A DNA stretch of 64,000 nucleotides. It comes from Mobula hypostoma (lineage: Eukaryota). A model generated the notes under the pieces. It made no database searches. It was not told the origin of the DNA and worked only from the letters and a program-made list of their open reading frames with translations. Location: assembly GCF_963921235.1 (NCBI RefSeq), contig NC_086097.1:129892001-129956000 (forward strand). The letters run 5' to 3'. Every line of letters starts with the position of its first letter. Position 1 is the stretch's first letter. Made by a program: the position numbers and the translations under genes. Shown here in pieces: positions 35,881 to 50,640 of the stretch.

Positions 35881-38562
35881 AATCAGAAGAATCAGAATCA
35901 GGTTTAGTCTTACCAGCACGTGTCGTGAAATTTGTTAACTTTGCGGCACAGTTCAATGCAATACATGTTAATATGAACTGAATTACAGTAAATATATTAC
36001 ATATAAAAATAGCTATAATAAATAAGTAGCGCAAATCAAAAAAAAAGGAATAAAAAGGTAGTGAGATAGTGTTCATGGGTTCAATGTCCATTCAGAAATC
36101 GGATGGCAGAGAAGAAGTTGTTCCTGAATTGTTGAGAGTGCCCCTTCAGGCTTCTGTATATCCATCCTAATGGTAACAATGAGAAGAGGGCATGCCTTGG
36201 GTGATGGGGGTCCTTAATGATGGATGCTGCCTTTCTGGGGGACTGCTCCTTGAAGATGCCCTGCCTACTACAGAGCTATTGTACTTTATTCTGTAATCTA
36301 TTATTGTTTTACCACCAATGCACTACTTAAGAATTGATCTGTATTAACAATATGCAAGACAAACTTTTCACTGTATCTCAGTGCATGTGACAGTAATAAA
36401 CCAATTCCAATTGCAACCAGAGGGCACAGGTTTGTGGTGAGAGGACCTGTGGGGAAACTTGCTCATACAGAGGGTGGTTTATATATGTAATGAGCTGCCA
36501 GAGAAAGTAGCTGAAGCATGGACAAGAGCAACACGGGAAAGCCATGTGGACAGGTACATGAACAGGAAAGGTTATATGCCTCATCTGGGCAAATGGAATT
36601 ACCTTAGTTGGGCATCTTGTTCAGCATGGACGAGTTGGGCTGAAGGTCTGGTCTCCATGCTTTATTACTCTATGGCTATATAAGTACTTACAAGTCAAAA
36701 CACTAGGACTTATTGGGAAAGGCTTAATATGGATTTTTCATGATCTTCACATATGCAAATATACCTAGCGCACATATATATTTACTGAAATGTTCTCAGC
36801 GTGTAAAACACAAAATATGAATACATTTTAAGGGGAAATTAAATATACTTACAACAAAGAAAAGAACAGAAGCTTATAGCATTAGATTAGATGTAGAAGG
36901 ATGGGAGAAGGTTTGCTTGGAATTGAATGGTCTACTGTACTGTGATTTCTATGCTGTGAGATTCATGTACACTTAAGGCCACAGTATGCCTGTGAAAGAG
37001 TAGGATTCTACATAACTACAGTGCTGTATCACAGTAAAGTGCGGGGAAGGGTAGATCATCCAGAACCAGCCCAATGTCCAGTTTGCCATCCTAGATCCCC
37101 ACCCAATAGGCATACTTTATTTGGATAAGGACAGGCTGTAAACCAGATAAAGTAGACACAACAGATCGGGTAGGTTTATTCACAGGGTTCACCCAGGAAT
37201 GTTCTGGAAAATCTTTGGGAGCTTGATAACTGTCAAAACGCTTTGAACAATTTTAAAATGCTTCTGATAATCCTCCTAAAATATTCAACAGATTTAATTA
37301 TCAACCTATCAAAAAATCAAATTATTATAAACATTAAGCACTTATCTTCTTTGACATGATCAGTCACCCCATTCACAGCTCTGTAAAAGTAAGGGGCCAG
37401 ATGTGAAGGGCATCCTGCGCATATGGAATTCCAAGACTAGCTTAGGCACAAACTGCTGAGGGATGGCGGCTTCCTTGGCAATTACCAACTATCCTCAGCT
37501 TGATTTGATAAAGGAATTTTCTTCTTTTCTGAGACTCTGCTCTCTAGTCCTAGGCTCCCCCACTATAGGAAATATCTTTTCATGTCCACTCTATCTAGAC
37601 CTTTCAGTATTCAATAGGTTTCAATGAGATGCCCCCTTCTTGTTCTAAACTCCAGCAGTCCTTCTAAAATGCTTACAATTCTCCAAGTGCGGTCAAATCA
37701 ACGCCTTATAAAGCCTTAGCATGACACCCCTACTTTTATATTCTAGTCCTTTCAAAAACAAATGATAACATTGCATTTGCCTTCCTTACCATTAACTGAA
37801 CCAGAAAGTTAACTTTTAGTGAATCCTGCATGAGGACTCCCAAGTCCCTTTGAATCACTGCTCATCACTGGCAGCCAATGAGAAAAGACCCCTTTATTCC
37901 CACTCGTTGTCTCCTGCCTGTCAGGCAATCTTCTATTCAGTCAGCCAGTCAAAGATTCAGGTCAAGACCCTTCATCTGGACTGAATTTCTGCAGCATCTT
38001 TATTACATTACTCCCAATTTCTGAAATACCACAGATGATAGCTCCCAGCTGTGCTTGATTTAGTTGCTTTGAAAACATGAAGCAGAAGACAGAGGATTGT
38101 TTACATTTTATTGCCTTTCTGTGTTAGACAAATCTTGTGAAAGCAGTAGCTCCTGTGAATAGAAAGCCTTGATATTAAAAATCTATATTCTGTAGGCAAA
38201 GAAAATATCTCACTTTAATAAGATCCTGGGTTTGATCTTTACAAAGGATATTTATGTAATTCAGAAGGTTGACTGCTGTCAATAAAATTATACTGAAGAG
38301 GGGCCGAGGCCAAGTCATATCTATTATCCGCAAAACCTCAGGACACTGGAGTCTAGTCCATCAGCTGTTCAGCATTTATGATTCAAAAGTCAAGGAACTT
38401 TCAAACACAACTTCAATATTGCACTGACATTGTGGGACACTTTCTAAAATTCAAGTTTGGATGAGAAATGCCATAATGAACTCATTTTATAACCAGACCT
38501 TTCCCTAACAAATAAAACCACATTTCTGCATTTATAGTCTAAAGCTAATCTGAAAAGTTTTA

Positions 38563-39030
38563 AAGACAAAGAGATTCTGCAGATGCTGGAAGTCCACACA
38601 CAAAATGCTGGAGGAAATCAGCAGGTGAGGCAGCATCTGTGGAGAGGAATAAACAATCCACTTTTTGTGCTGAGACCCTTCATCAGGACTAAAAAGGAAG
38701 AGGGAAGAAGACAGAATAAGAAGGTGGGCAAGGGGAAGGAATACGTTAGAAGATGATGGGTGAAGCCAAATTAGGGGGAAGGTAGGTGAGCGTGGGAGGG
38801 GGGATGAAATGAGAGGTGACAGGTGGAAAAGATAAAAGGGCTGAAGAAGAAGGAATCTGATAGGAGAGGAGAGTGGACCCTGGGAGAAAGGGAAGGAGAA
38901 GGGCACCAGAGGGAGGCGATAGGCAGGTAAGGAGAAGGGGTAAGAGAGGAGCCAGAATGGGGATGGAAAATGAGAGGAGGAGGAGGAAGTGAGAGAAATT
39001 ACTGGAAATTGGTGTTAATGCTGTCAGTCA
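38563..39030 (-). mobile_element. Penelope-like 3' end
   Basis: Same terminal sequence as 30900-31440, with a CUGAUGA hammerhead remnant at ~38660-38690. Confidence 0.75.
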
Positions 39031-40814
39031 TGCGAAATTTCAGCTGAAACAAACTAGTCAGGGAACTCTGAATATCCAACTGAGGCAATTATGTTTAACA
39101 TGGTTAAAATCGACTCGAGTTTCAGTGCCCCTGACTGACTGATACAATACTCAGTACATACAAGTGAAAGCAACAATGATCCTTGATCAGGAGTATAGCC
39201 ACTAGCAAGTAATTTTGTGTTTCTCCGTGATAGGTTTTTAAACAACAACCAATTGAAGACTTTGCTGTCAGTTGTTAAGAAAGAATGGTGAAATCAGACT
39301 CAATGGTAATTTTAAAAACATGAAGGAGGAAAAAATTGAGAGGCTCTAGGGAAATAGCAGAGGATGCAGTGTTGAAGAACTAGCAGAATGGGGCAAATAG
39401 CCTCCTCTTTTATATCATAAGACGCAATAATGCTTTAAACAATATGGTTTGTGTTTTAAACTATCCTCATTCTAATGCTGGCACATCAGGCAGCTGTATG
39501 TGAACAGATTTACTAATACTAACTTAAAGTAAAATGTTTGATTTTGTTGCCATCTCTTCATCTGAAAACATCTGCAGGGGACAGTACAGGGTACATCCAT
39601 CAAGTAACTGGCAGCAATAGTTCAGTGAGTTGCACACGCTTCTCCATGCTAAAAAGCCTCTGGATTTTAGACACTTGAGCACATAATCCAGTGAGAGGTA
39701 CTGAGGGGTGTGCTGCTTTGTCAGCAACACTAACTTCCAAACGAAACATAAACCAAGTCAGTATCAGACGGATGGCACCATTTGAAGAGCAAGGGAGCTC
39801 CCTGAATCCTGGGAAAACATTCATCCCTTAATTAACATCACTGAAGCAACTTATTTATTGAAGATCTCAGCATCCAAGGTTTCTTCTATTAAGAAGTTAT
39901 TCAATTAGAAATTGCCATGCTCTAGCAACAATGCAGTTCAGAAACAATTGCTGCAGACTTTAACTTAGCTTCAACATGAAAAATTATCATTTCATGCAGA
40001 ATATTAAGCTTATTATCTGATTTATGACACAATGTCCTCAGATGGAAAGCCTAGAGTTTACCTTTTCAATTTAATTTTTGAAGCATATCTGAAATGTGCT
40101 TCTTCATTAACACAACAAGCTCTGCTTCTTCAAAAAAGGAAATTCACAAGAATAAAAACCCAAGTACCAGAAAACATGAAGTGATCTTTTTGGTTTTATC
40201 AGTGGAAAGGTGGTGATAACAAATTATATATCCAAAAAGAATTACTTTACAATACTGGAGATAGAAAAACTAAAAGGCACAAAAGAAGCCCATTTTAACT
40301 GTTCCATTTAAAAAAAACACAAGATGGAGGGACAGGAGTAGAACAACCACTACCTCAAGCCTACATCGCCATTCAATAAGATCATGACTAACACCTGTCT
40401 TTCTGTGGATCTCCTCAAATGCACCGACATCATACAGTACCCCAGGCATGGAGACACAGGATATACCCCAAATCAGGACCCCCATAGCGGCTCTGATCTT
40501 CCAGGTTGCTTCCAGGCACAGTGTTATATTCAATAATTTCTTAAAATGATTCTGTTTCCAATTTCTCTTGGACCATCATTTCTTCCTTGTCCATTATCAA
40601 CTTTTGTTTTGCATCATTATCATTTTCCCATTTAATATCACATCTTCTTTTAAATTTGTTACCTGCTTTGCATCTTAAAACACAGACAGAGATAGATAGA
40701 TAGATTTAAGGAGGGTGGGGGGGGGGGATTCCCAAAACTAAGATTCCAGGAAACAGAAGACACAAATGCTGGGGGTGAGTCCACTGAATTCACTATTTGT
40801 TACCCTGCCATTAA

Positions 40815-41520
40815 TGGGTCCTCTTGTCTTCACCCGGCACCCCATAAGCCACCACAACCAATACACATTCTCTGCCACTTCCGCCACCTTCAATGGGACC
40901 TTACCACAAAACACATCTTTACCCTCTGTTTTCTGCAGGGATTGCTCCCTACGTGATTCCCATGGCCATACACCCCTTCTCTTTGATCTCCCTCCTGGCA
41001 TTTATCCCTGCAAGTGACTGAAATGCTACACCTGCCCATTCACCTCCTCCCTCACCTCCATTCAGGGCCCCAAACAGTCCTTCCAGGTGAGGCAACACTT
41101 CACCTGTGAATTTATTAGGGCTGTCCCCATTCTGGTTCAGAAATGTTGGTCTATGGCCTCCTCTTTTGCTACAAAGAGACCACACTCAGGGTGGAGGAGC
41201 AACACCTTATATTCCAGCGATGACATGAATGCCTATCACCTCCCTTCCTCCGATGGTCCACTCTTCTCTCTGAACAGATTCCTTCTTCTCCATCCTTTTT
41301 GTGCCTTTTCTGCCTATCACCTCCCAGCTTCTTACTTCACCCCCCCATCCCACATGACTTTATCTATTAGCTTCTAGCTTTCCCCTCCCCCCTACCTTTT
41401 TATTTTGGCATCTTCCCCTTCCTTTCCAGTTCAGATGAAGGGTCTCGGCCTGAAATACTAACTATTTCCATAGATGCTGCCTGACCTGCTGAGTTCCTCC
41501 GGCATTTTGTGTGTGTGTGT
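40815..41520 (+). mobile_element. Penelope-like element: Cys-rich linker/endonuclease remnant plus 3' end
   Basis: PGIYPCK*LKCYTCPFTSSLTSIQGPKQSFQVRQHFTCE; EEQHLIF; hammerhead remnant at 41428-41463. Confidence 0.78.
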
Positions 41521-42329
41521 CGCCTTGTGGTGGTCTTGCTTCCCCGTTGGATTTCAGTTGATAATGCCATGCCATTCAGAGGAAATGGTGCCCCACCAGA
41601 GGTACCTTCATTGTGATGAACCCTCAAGTGATTGGATGCTTGCCTGGTCAGACAGATATACACGAGCTGGGGTAATATAAAGGATAGGCAACTTGATAGA
41701 AGCAGATGATCTAGCCCTTGATTCATGGAACACATCAATGGGCAAGCTGGTACTCTGTGCTCTGTCACACAATATTAAATTGATCTCCAAAACACAACCA
41801 GGAATGCTCAATCGACTCTGACCATTTTCAGAAATATATGCCACACCCGATCATATCCCCCAGTCAATTATGTAAGGAAGTGTGGAACAGCCTGCTTCTT
41901 ACCCATGAAGTATGGAGAAAGCTTTGAACCAAAGTCTGTCATTGGAAATAATTAATGAACTTGGGATGTGAAACTGTGGCAGGAGAGGAAAATCTTTGCA
42001 AGTGACCTTTGCATGGGTGTTTGCAGTGGATGAGGACAAAATGAAGATGGTTTTGTTTTGGAACAATTGATTTATCAAATGTTGTTTATCCTTGCTGGTT
42101 GTATAATGCTGCTGCAACAATTCAACTGATTGCTTAATAATTCAACTGATTAGGTCACTCATTACCTCAGGTTACTGTGGACCCTGAGTATTCCTGTTTA
42201 ATAAATGGTAAATGAAAAATTATGAGATATTTCAAAATGTCAATGAAATTATCCCAGGGCTTCATGGTTATTAGAAATGGCAGGGCTTCAGGTCATTTGG
42301 CTAATCTAACGAAAAGCATTGTCCATCTA

Positions 42330-43772
42330 CAGTGCCAATAAAAAGTATTCACCCCGCCTTGGAAGTTTTCATGCTTTATTCTTTTACATTAAACCACACT
42401 GGATTTAATTTGGCTTTTTTGACATTGATCAACAGAAAAATACTCTTGTGTCAAAGTGTGAACAGATCTCTACGAAGCGATCGAAATTAAATACAAATAT
42501 AAAACACAAAATTCATTGCATAGTATTCACCCCTTCAAGTCAGTTTTTAGTAGATGCATCTTTGGAAGTAATTACAACCTTGAGTCTGTGTGAATAAGTC
42601 TCTTTTAACTTTGCACATCTGGACACTACAATTTTCCTCCATTCTTCTTTACAAAGCTGCTCAAGCTCTGTCAGATTGCATGGGGATCGTGAATGAACAG
42701 CCCTTTACAAGTCTAGCCACAAATTCTCAATTGTATTGAGGTCTGGACTCTGACTTGGTTCCTTCAGGGCATTAAATTTGTTGTTTTTAAGCCATTCCTG
42801 TGTAGCTTTGGCATGATGCTTGGGGTCATCGTCTTGCTGGGAAACAAATCTTCTCCCAAGTTGCAGTTCTCTTGCAGACTGCATCAGGCTTTTCTCCAGA
42901 ATTCCCTGTATTTTGCTGCACTCATTTACCATCTACCTTCACAAGCCTTCCAGAGCCTGCTGCAGTGAAGCATCCCCACAGCGTGATGCAGCCACCATCA
43001 TACTTGATGGTATGTTTTTGATGATGTGTAGTGTTTGGCTTACACCAAATATGGTGTTCACTCTCCCATAAAGCTATGACTGGACAAATACCCAGGCAAC
43101 AGTTGTATGTGCAGACTCTCCCACCTCAGCAACTGAAGCTTGTAATTGCTCCAGAGTTGTCATAGATCTTTCGGTGACCTCCCTCACTAGTCCCCTTCTT
43201 GCACGGTCACTCAGTTTCTGAGGATGGCTTGCTCTAGGCAGATTTACAGCTGTGCCATATTCTTAACTGATTGATTTAACTGTACTCCAAGGGATATTCA
43301 GTGACTTGTAAATTTTCTTGTGTCCATCTCCTGACTTGAGCTTTTCAATAGTCTTTCAGCAGAGTTGCTTGGGGTGTTCTTTTGTCTTCATGGTGTAGTT
43401 TTTGCCAAGATACTGACTCACCAGCTGTTGGACTTCCAGATACAGGTGTATTTTTACTACAATCAGTTGAGACACCTTGACTGCACACAGTGATCTCCAT
43501 TTAACTAATTACGTAACTTCTAAAACCAATTGGCTGCACCAGTTACAATTTGGTGTGTCATATTAAAGGGGGTGAATGCTTATGTAATCAATTATTTTGT
43601 GTTTTATGTATTTAGATCACTTTGTAGAGATCAGTTTTCACTTTGACATGAAAGAGTCTTTATCTGCTGATTAGTGTAAAAAAAAGCCAAATTAATTCCA
43701 CAGTAATTCAATGTTGTAAAACAATAAAACATGAAAACTTCCAAGAGGGGTGAATACATTTTACAGAAACTG
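42330..43772 (-). mobile_element. Tc1 (IR/DR type) transposon, decayed
   Basis: TA-flanked ~200-bp TIRs with internal GTATTCACCCC repeats; QQDDDPKH...[14 protein letters not shown]. Confidence 0.92.
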
Positions 43773-44044
43773 TATGTAGCTCTACCTTGTGACTGATGGT
43801 GGCTAAAAGTCATGTTTCTTTTCAAGTCACTGTTCATATTTTAAGCCCATTAGGGAGGCATGGTGGCATTGCTTCAAAACTCCAGAGACCACTTCTGAAT
43901 CTGATTTGTCTGTGTGGAGTTTGCCCACTGTAACAGCCTGGGTTGTCCCTGGGTGCTCCAGTTTCTTCCCACATTCTAAAGACATGATTTATCAGTATAT
44001 TACCTCTCCGTGCAAAAGAAAAAAAAGGAAGTTTATGGGAAGTG

Positions 44045-44600
44045 AAATTATGAAGAAAGCACAACAGCACCTCTACTTCCTTAGGAATTTGCAGAAATTC
44101 AGCATGATATCTAAAACTTCGACAAACTTCTATAGATGTGTAGTGGAGAGTATATTGACTGACTGCATTACAGCCTGATATAGAAACATCAATGCCCTTG
44201 AATGGAAAATCCTACTAAAAGCAGTGGAAACAGCCCAGCCCATTCTGGGTAAAGCTCTCCCTACCATTGAGCACACTGACATGAAACACTGATTCTATCC
44301 CGCAACCATCAGGTGCTTGAACCAAAGGGGATAACCTCACTCGCCCCATCATCGAAATATTCCCATATCCAATCGACTCACTTTCAAGGGCTCTTCATCT
44401 TACGCTCTCAATACTTGTGCTTATTTAGTTATTATTATTTCTTTCTTTTGTATTTGCACAGTTTGTTGTCTGTTGCACACTGGTTGAGTGCCCAAGTTTA
44501 TGTGGTCTTTCATTGATTCCATTGTGGTTATTAGGCTATATGTGTATGCCCGCAAGAAAATGTATCTCAGGGTTGTATATGGTGATATATATGTACTTTA
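44045..44600 (+). mobile_element. Rex1/Babar 3' fragment
   Basis: KKAQQHLYFLRNLQKF...FYRCVVESILTDCITA. Confidence 0.8.
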
Positions 44601-47218
44601 ATGCTTGAAGTTCAAAGTAAATTTATTATCAATGAGGTCAATTTACAGCAGGGATACAGGGAATATAAACAGAAGGGGAATGGGACTGATGAGCTTGCTT
44701 TGTTGGTAACTACATGGACCCAATGGCTTGATTGGCTTCTACATGAGTTATAATAAATAACTATTGGTTTAAAATACAAAGGAACAGTGGGTGAAAGAAA
44801 TTCTAACCATATGCCATAGCTGGGAATGGGATTTTGCAATGCATATGAATCAATCAAGAATAAATCCGGTCCGAATTCAGAACGGACTGCTCTGCCCAGA
44901 GAACATGGAACTCTGCCTATACAGGGAACTGCATGATGGAGAAAGGAACAATAAAATATACTGACAGATTTAGGAAAGGAAAATCCAAAAACACAAGGGA
45001 TTCTGTAAATGTTAGAAACCATGGGCAGCACAACAAAATGCTTGAGGAACTCAGCAAGTCAGACAGCATAAGGTAAGTAAGACCAGTTTCTGTGGAGAAT
45101 ATACACAGGCATAAGACCAGTTTCACTGAATAGCCTGTTTCTATACCAAGTAATGAAGATAAATCAAGACTAAAACTTAATTTCTATTTTTCTTCATAAT
45201 CTTCCTCCCTCTGTACACAAATTTTAGTGATTCAATATTTGAAGAGGTGCAGTCTTCCATGGAGTCATTTGAAAGTACTAATGCTTGGCATATGGGAAGA
45301 GATTTGCTGATACATTTGTCTCCCCAGCAAGTACCTCCTCTTCAAAGGTTCAGTTATTATCAAAGTATGTATCCATATACAGCTCTGAGATTCATCTTTT
45401 CCAGATAGCCACAAAACAAAGAAGGAACATGAGAGTCACTCAGAGAGAAACATCAAACCCACCCCGCTGCACAAAAAAGAATGGCACGTCGATCATCAAC
45501 TCCCAAACCCCCTCCCCCACACAGAACAGAGCGAGAACATCGAACCCCAAACCCCTCCACTTGCACAACAAAACAGAAAGCAGCAGGAGAAAAATGCACA
45601 TATAAAAACCATAAGTTTGAAAAAAATCCACAGTCCATAAGCGCAACAGTCTAATCCATAACACAGAACCATGATAACATACTCCATCATTGAAAGAGAG
45701 AGACAACACACGAGTGCAGAGGCCTACCAGCCTGCCACAGTGAGTCACACAGCAACAGGCTACTCAAAGACTCCTTCTCTGGCAGCAATCAAAAGGAAGG
45801 CAGTCAGTGTTGAACTCTTGCTTGCCTTCTGCGTTCTCCTTGATGTCTCAACCTTCCTTGACACATTAACTGGCGATTAATGGGCACTTTAATCGGTGAA
45901 ATGGAGTCGAACATTGGCTCATGCCCCACCTCCAAGTTTCGTTGCATCAAGGCCATTCAAGTACGCGCTCACTTCCTGGAGACAACGAAGCACTGGATCA
46001 CTCCATTCACTATCACTCAGATGTACAACCACACAGTTTCTCACATCTCCCAAAAAGCAAAAAGCAATACTAGCTAGAAATCTGAAACAAAAAAATAGAA
46101 ACTGCTTGAAGCACTCAGCAGGTCAAACAGCGCCAAGTTAAGAAAGAAGCAAAGTTAATGCTTCATGCCAAATCTGCTTGCCACTCCACTGATATATACT
46201 GTTTTCTTTTCCATTGAAGTTGTGCGACCTACTCATAATCTCCAATATATTTATTTCATTTCTCTATCGGTTTCTGCATTGAGATTTTGTTGCTGCTTTT
46301 GGCAATTGAGCTGACAAAAATTATGTAACTATGGCTATGTGTTTGCAATATAAATAACATAATTAAAGGACCTTTTCATCTAAATGCATTCCCAGTGCAA
46401 TGTTCTGAACTCACTAAGGAATCTATCATTTAAGAGTGACTTTGATTTGGCATGACTGGAACCAAATACCTCACTGTCTGGAGTGGGTCAAGCAGCTGAA
46501 ATCAGGATGATTTTTAATAGTTCTTAATGAGCTTCTGACTTTTACTTATTAAATATTAAAAATGGGGGCCATTTACTGAAATGTTAGAGGTACTGGTGGT
46601 AGGATAATATATGTCAGTCAGGAAATAATAAGTGTGTTTCATCATCAACAAAACATCAATGCACACACACATTATACATGTATTGTTAAGACTCCACGTA
46701 ACCTAACATTAACAAAAATGTCTCTGAACTCACTGCACCCATAACAACCAAAACATTGCCAGCCCTCCTCTCTCTCACTGGGTAGAAGCTGCAAAAGCTT
46801 CAAAGCTCTTACCACAGGGCTCAATGACAGCTTCTATCATGTTATTATAAAAATATTAAACAGTTTCCTAGAGCAATAAGGTGGACTCTTGGTCTCACAA
46901 TCCACCTCATTATGACTTCGCCCTTGTTGCCTTCCTGGACTACACTTCCTCTGTAACTTTAAAACGTTATTCTGCATTCTGTTATTGTTGTACATTGTTC
47001 TATCGCAATGCATGGTTGTTATGAAGCTTTTCACTGTACCTGGGTACATGTGACGCTAATAAAAAAAATTTACCTGTATGGTCCACATGCTATAACCACA
47101 CCCAGAGAGTAAGAACTAAAATTGAGAATTCAACCAGGCACAATAGATAAGACATAACAATCACTTTGCAATTTCATATTCTGTGCTTTGCCTGACATAT
47201 GTACACACTTGTAATATA

Positions 47219-47559
47219 CACACAGAGGCTGTTTTATTGGGTACACCTGCTCATTAATGCAAATATTTAATCAGCCAATCATGTGTCAGCAACTCCATGC
47301 ATGAAAGCATGCAGATGTGGTCAAGAGGTTCAGCTGTTGTTCAGACCAAACACCATAATCGGAAGAAATATGATCTAAGTGATTTTGACCGTGTAATGAC
47401 TGTTGATGCCAGACAGGGTAGTTTGAATAGCTCAGAAACTGCCGATCTCCTGGGATTTTCACACATAACAGTCTCTAAAATTTACAGAACACCATGAGCA
47501 TACACTCAGTGATCACTTTATTAGGTATAGGAGGTACCTAATAAAGTTGCCACTGAGTG
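47219..47559. mobile_element. Tc1-type non-autonomous element with three TIR copies
   Basis: Reverse-orientation relative of 16839-17304; TIR doublet at 47503-47559. Confidence 0.8.
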
Positions 47560-50424
47560 TAAATTATGGGTATAGAGTCATACAGCATGGAAGCAGGACC
47601 TTCTATTCAACAGGTTCATGTTGACCAAGAGTCCAATCCAAGTAGCTCCATTTGCCTGTATTTGGCCCATATGCACCATATATGGAGTCCTGACCAGCTA
47701 CAGTATCACCAAATGGCAGAACAATAAAGCTGGGGGCGTGGGGAAGGGCAAATGCCTCATCATTTCCCATATCCATTAGAAACTGGACATTGGACTAAGG
47801 TTCTGCTAGCGCAATTTGTATGACAGAGGCTGCTCAACACAGTGGTGTAGCACCATACATAGTCACTTGAAAGCATGGTCATCATTTTAATTATTTGTAT
47901 AATGATTACTTCAGAACAAAATTTAAGCAAATTACTCTACTATGAATGCAATCCATACGAATTATTCAAGGTTTTATTCCTTTTTAATTTAACACACATG
48001 GTATTAAATTCATAATAAATGCTATCTTCTATCTCTGCAACTTGTAGAGTCATAGAGCAATAAGGCACAGAAACAGACCCTTCAGCCCATCTAGTCCATG
48101 TTGAATTATTATTCTGCCCAATCCCTTTGACCTGCACTAGGACCATAATCCCCCATTCCTGGACTTCCTCTGGCCCCCTGGATCTCCAAGAATACAGCTC
48201 TCTCATTGTGATCTTCTATTCATCACCTCTATCCCTGATGGATGTACCTTCAGATGAAGAATGAGTGAAGGTATTCAAACATACAGGATCCTTAGTGGGT
48301 TTGTCAAAGTACATGTTGAAATGTTTTCACTAGTGGGAGAGTCATGAACAAGGGGAAAGAGCTACAAAATAGGGGGCTGATCATTTAGAATAGGAATCTC
48401 TTCTCTCAGAGGGTAGTGAATCACTGAATTCTCTGTTCAAAAGTGGTAGAGGTCAGATTATTAGATCTATTTAGGACTAATATGGATGAACAATTGAAAG
48501 ATAGAGGAAATGAATGCTATAGGGAAGTGTAACAGAAGAAGAATTTACATCAGTATAGATCAGCCATAATCAGACAGTATGGTGGGACAGGCTTGAAGGG
48601 CCTGGTGACCTGCTGCTCCTATTTTCAGAAGTAAAGGATCAAAACCTTGGAAATGCATTCCTAATCATCTTTCTCTTGCTTCTTTTAAGTGCTCCTTAGA
48701 ACTCATCCCTCTAAGCAAGCTTTTTGTCCTGAGTGCCACTGTTTCCTTTGTCTAATTTGACATTTCTGTCAAGCACCTTGGGAAATCAAACTAGGTTAGA
48801 GGAAGTGCCACGTGAATGCACAAGCTTGCAAAACACAGCATTAGTCTTGAATAAAGTAACAGCAATGGACGGATTAAGCTGAAATGCCACCCAGCGGAAC
48901 CAAGGAGAGCAGTTTTCTTGCTGAATTATTCCAAAGGGAAATTATATTCTGTGCAAAATTGTCCTTTCATTAATAAGTGCAGGCAAGGGAGTCTCCATAT
49001 GTCTATATTCTCTCATTATCTCACTGCATAAAGAACAAGTAATTAAATTTGATATTACATCTGAAATGTCTAAAATATGATCCTTATTATTTCATGCTCC
49101 TATTACAAGTGATTAGCTGAAAGTCAACAGTATGTATCCTTGGAAAGTACAAGATTCGACCTTTTATATAATACTGACCTTATAGAGGGATATAAAATCA
49201 TGAGGGGAATAGATAGGATGAATGCACACATTTTCCTTCTCCCCAGGTTCGGGAATCCAGAACTACAGGGCAGAGGTTTAAGGTGACACGGGATAAATCT
49301 AACAGGAAATCAAAGGGTAATGTTTCACCTGGTATCAGTGGTCAGTACGTGGATTGAGCTGCCAGAGGAAGTAATTGAGGCAGGTAGAGTACATTAACAA
49401 TATTTAACAGCCACTTGGACAGGTACATGGATAGGAAAGGATAAGAATGATATGTGCCAAATGGGATTTTTGGTTGGCATGGACTAGTTGGGCCAAATGG
49501 CCTGCTTCTGTGCTGCAAGACTTAATGATTCTGTAATGTAAGGAACAGGTGTGGACTATCTGACCATTCAAGCCTGTTCTGCCGATTGTTATGGTCTTGA
49601 CTGATCTTCTCACTCAGCCATTTTCATGCATTATCCCTGTACCCTGGATTCCCCTAAATTCCAGCCATGTAGTAATCTCCGTTCTTAATGAACTCTATAA
49701 CCATGCTTGCACTGCCTTCTGGGGTACAGAATTCATTCTCTGCATGAAAACTTTCTACATCTTAGTCCTAAATGTCCTACCCCTTAATCTGAGAGTGCAA
49801 TATCTGTTCTAGACGGGGGAAGCATCCACTCTGCATACACCCTGTAGGAATTCTTTTGGTTTCTACATTAGCTGCTGTTAACAAAAAGCTCAATGTTCAT
49901 TCATTTAGTGTGTGTGGAGACCACTGACGTGCCAGCATTAATTGCCCATCCCTTAAGTGCCCTTGAGAAGGTAAGCTGGTCACACCCTGATCCCTCCTTC
50001 CCACAAATCATTCCATCTGCTGTCCTATTTTTTTTCTCTCTGCCTCTGTCCATGATCCATCTGCCTTTGACACTGGACTTCCAGTAAGATGGTAGTGCGT
50101 GTGAATGCAGAGGCCACTCGGGGGCCAGCCAAATATGCTTTTTTCTTCATAGAATTTGTTTTTTTTTTATGATCCAAAGACAATTCTACTCCAAGAACAT
50201 CTGGTACTGCAGTGGTACACCACCAATGTGTTGCTTGTTCATGGGAGTAGCTGGTCTGGTGTCGGCAGTGGATCTGGCCGAGGTGTCGAAGGAGTTGGCT
50301 GAGATAGTGGAGAACGAGCCCGCTGATCTGTTGGAGGAGCCGGTTTGAGTTCGAAGGAGCTGAACTGGCTGCCGACCTTGTTACTGCCCGCTACTCAGAA
50401 GCATCGAAGTTGGTGCAGTATAGA

Positions 50425-50640
50425 GAACGTTGACTCAGACCATGAGAGGCCTGCGTCGGGCATTTTCATGCTTTACAAGGCGCAGATTGGAAGTCTGTGT
50501 GGGGTGCCACTCCTCTCACAGACTAGAGTAATGTGTGATTAAGTGCCTTGCTCAAGGACACAAACACGCTGCCACAGCTGAGGCTCGAACTAGTGACCTT
50601 CAAATCACTAGACGAACGCCTTAACCACTTGGCCACGTGT
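50425..50640 (-). mobile_element. tRNA-derived SINE inserted in a larger non-autonomous element (~50085-51185)
   Basis: Minus-strand TGGCCAAGTGGTTAAGG A box, GTTCGAGCC B box, GTGTCCTTGAGCAAGGCACTTAA core. Confidence 0.75.
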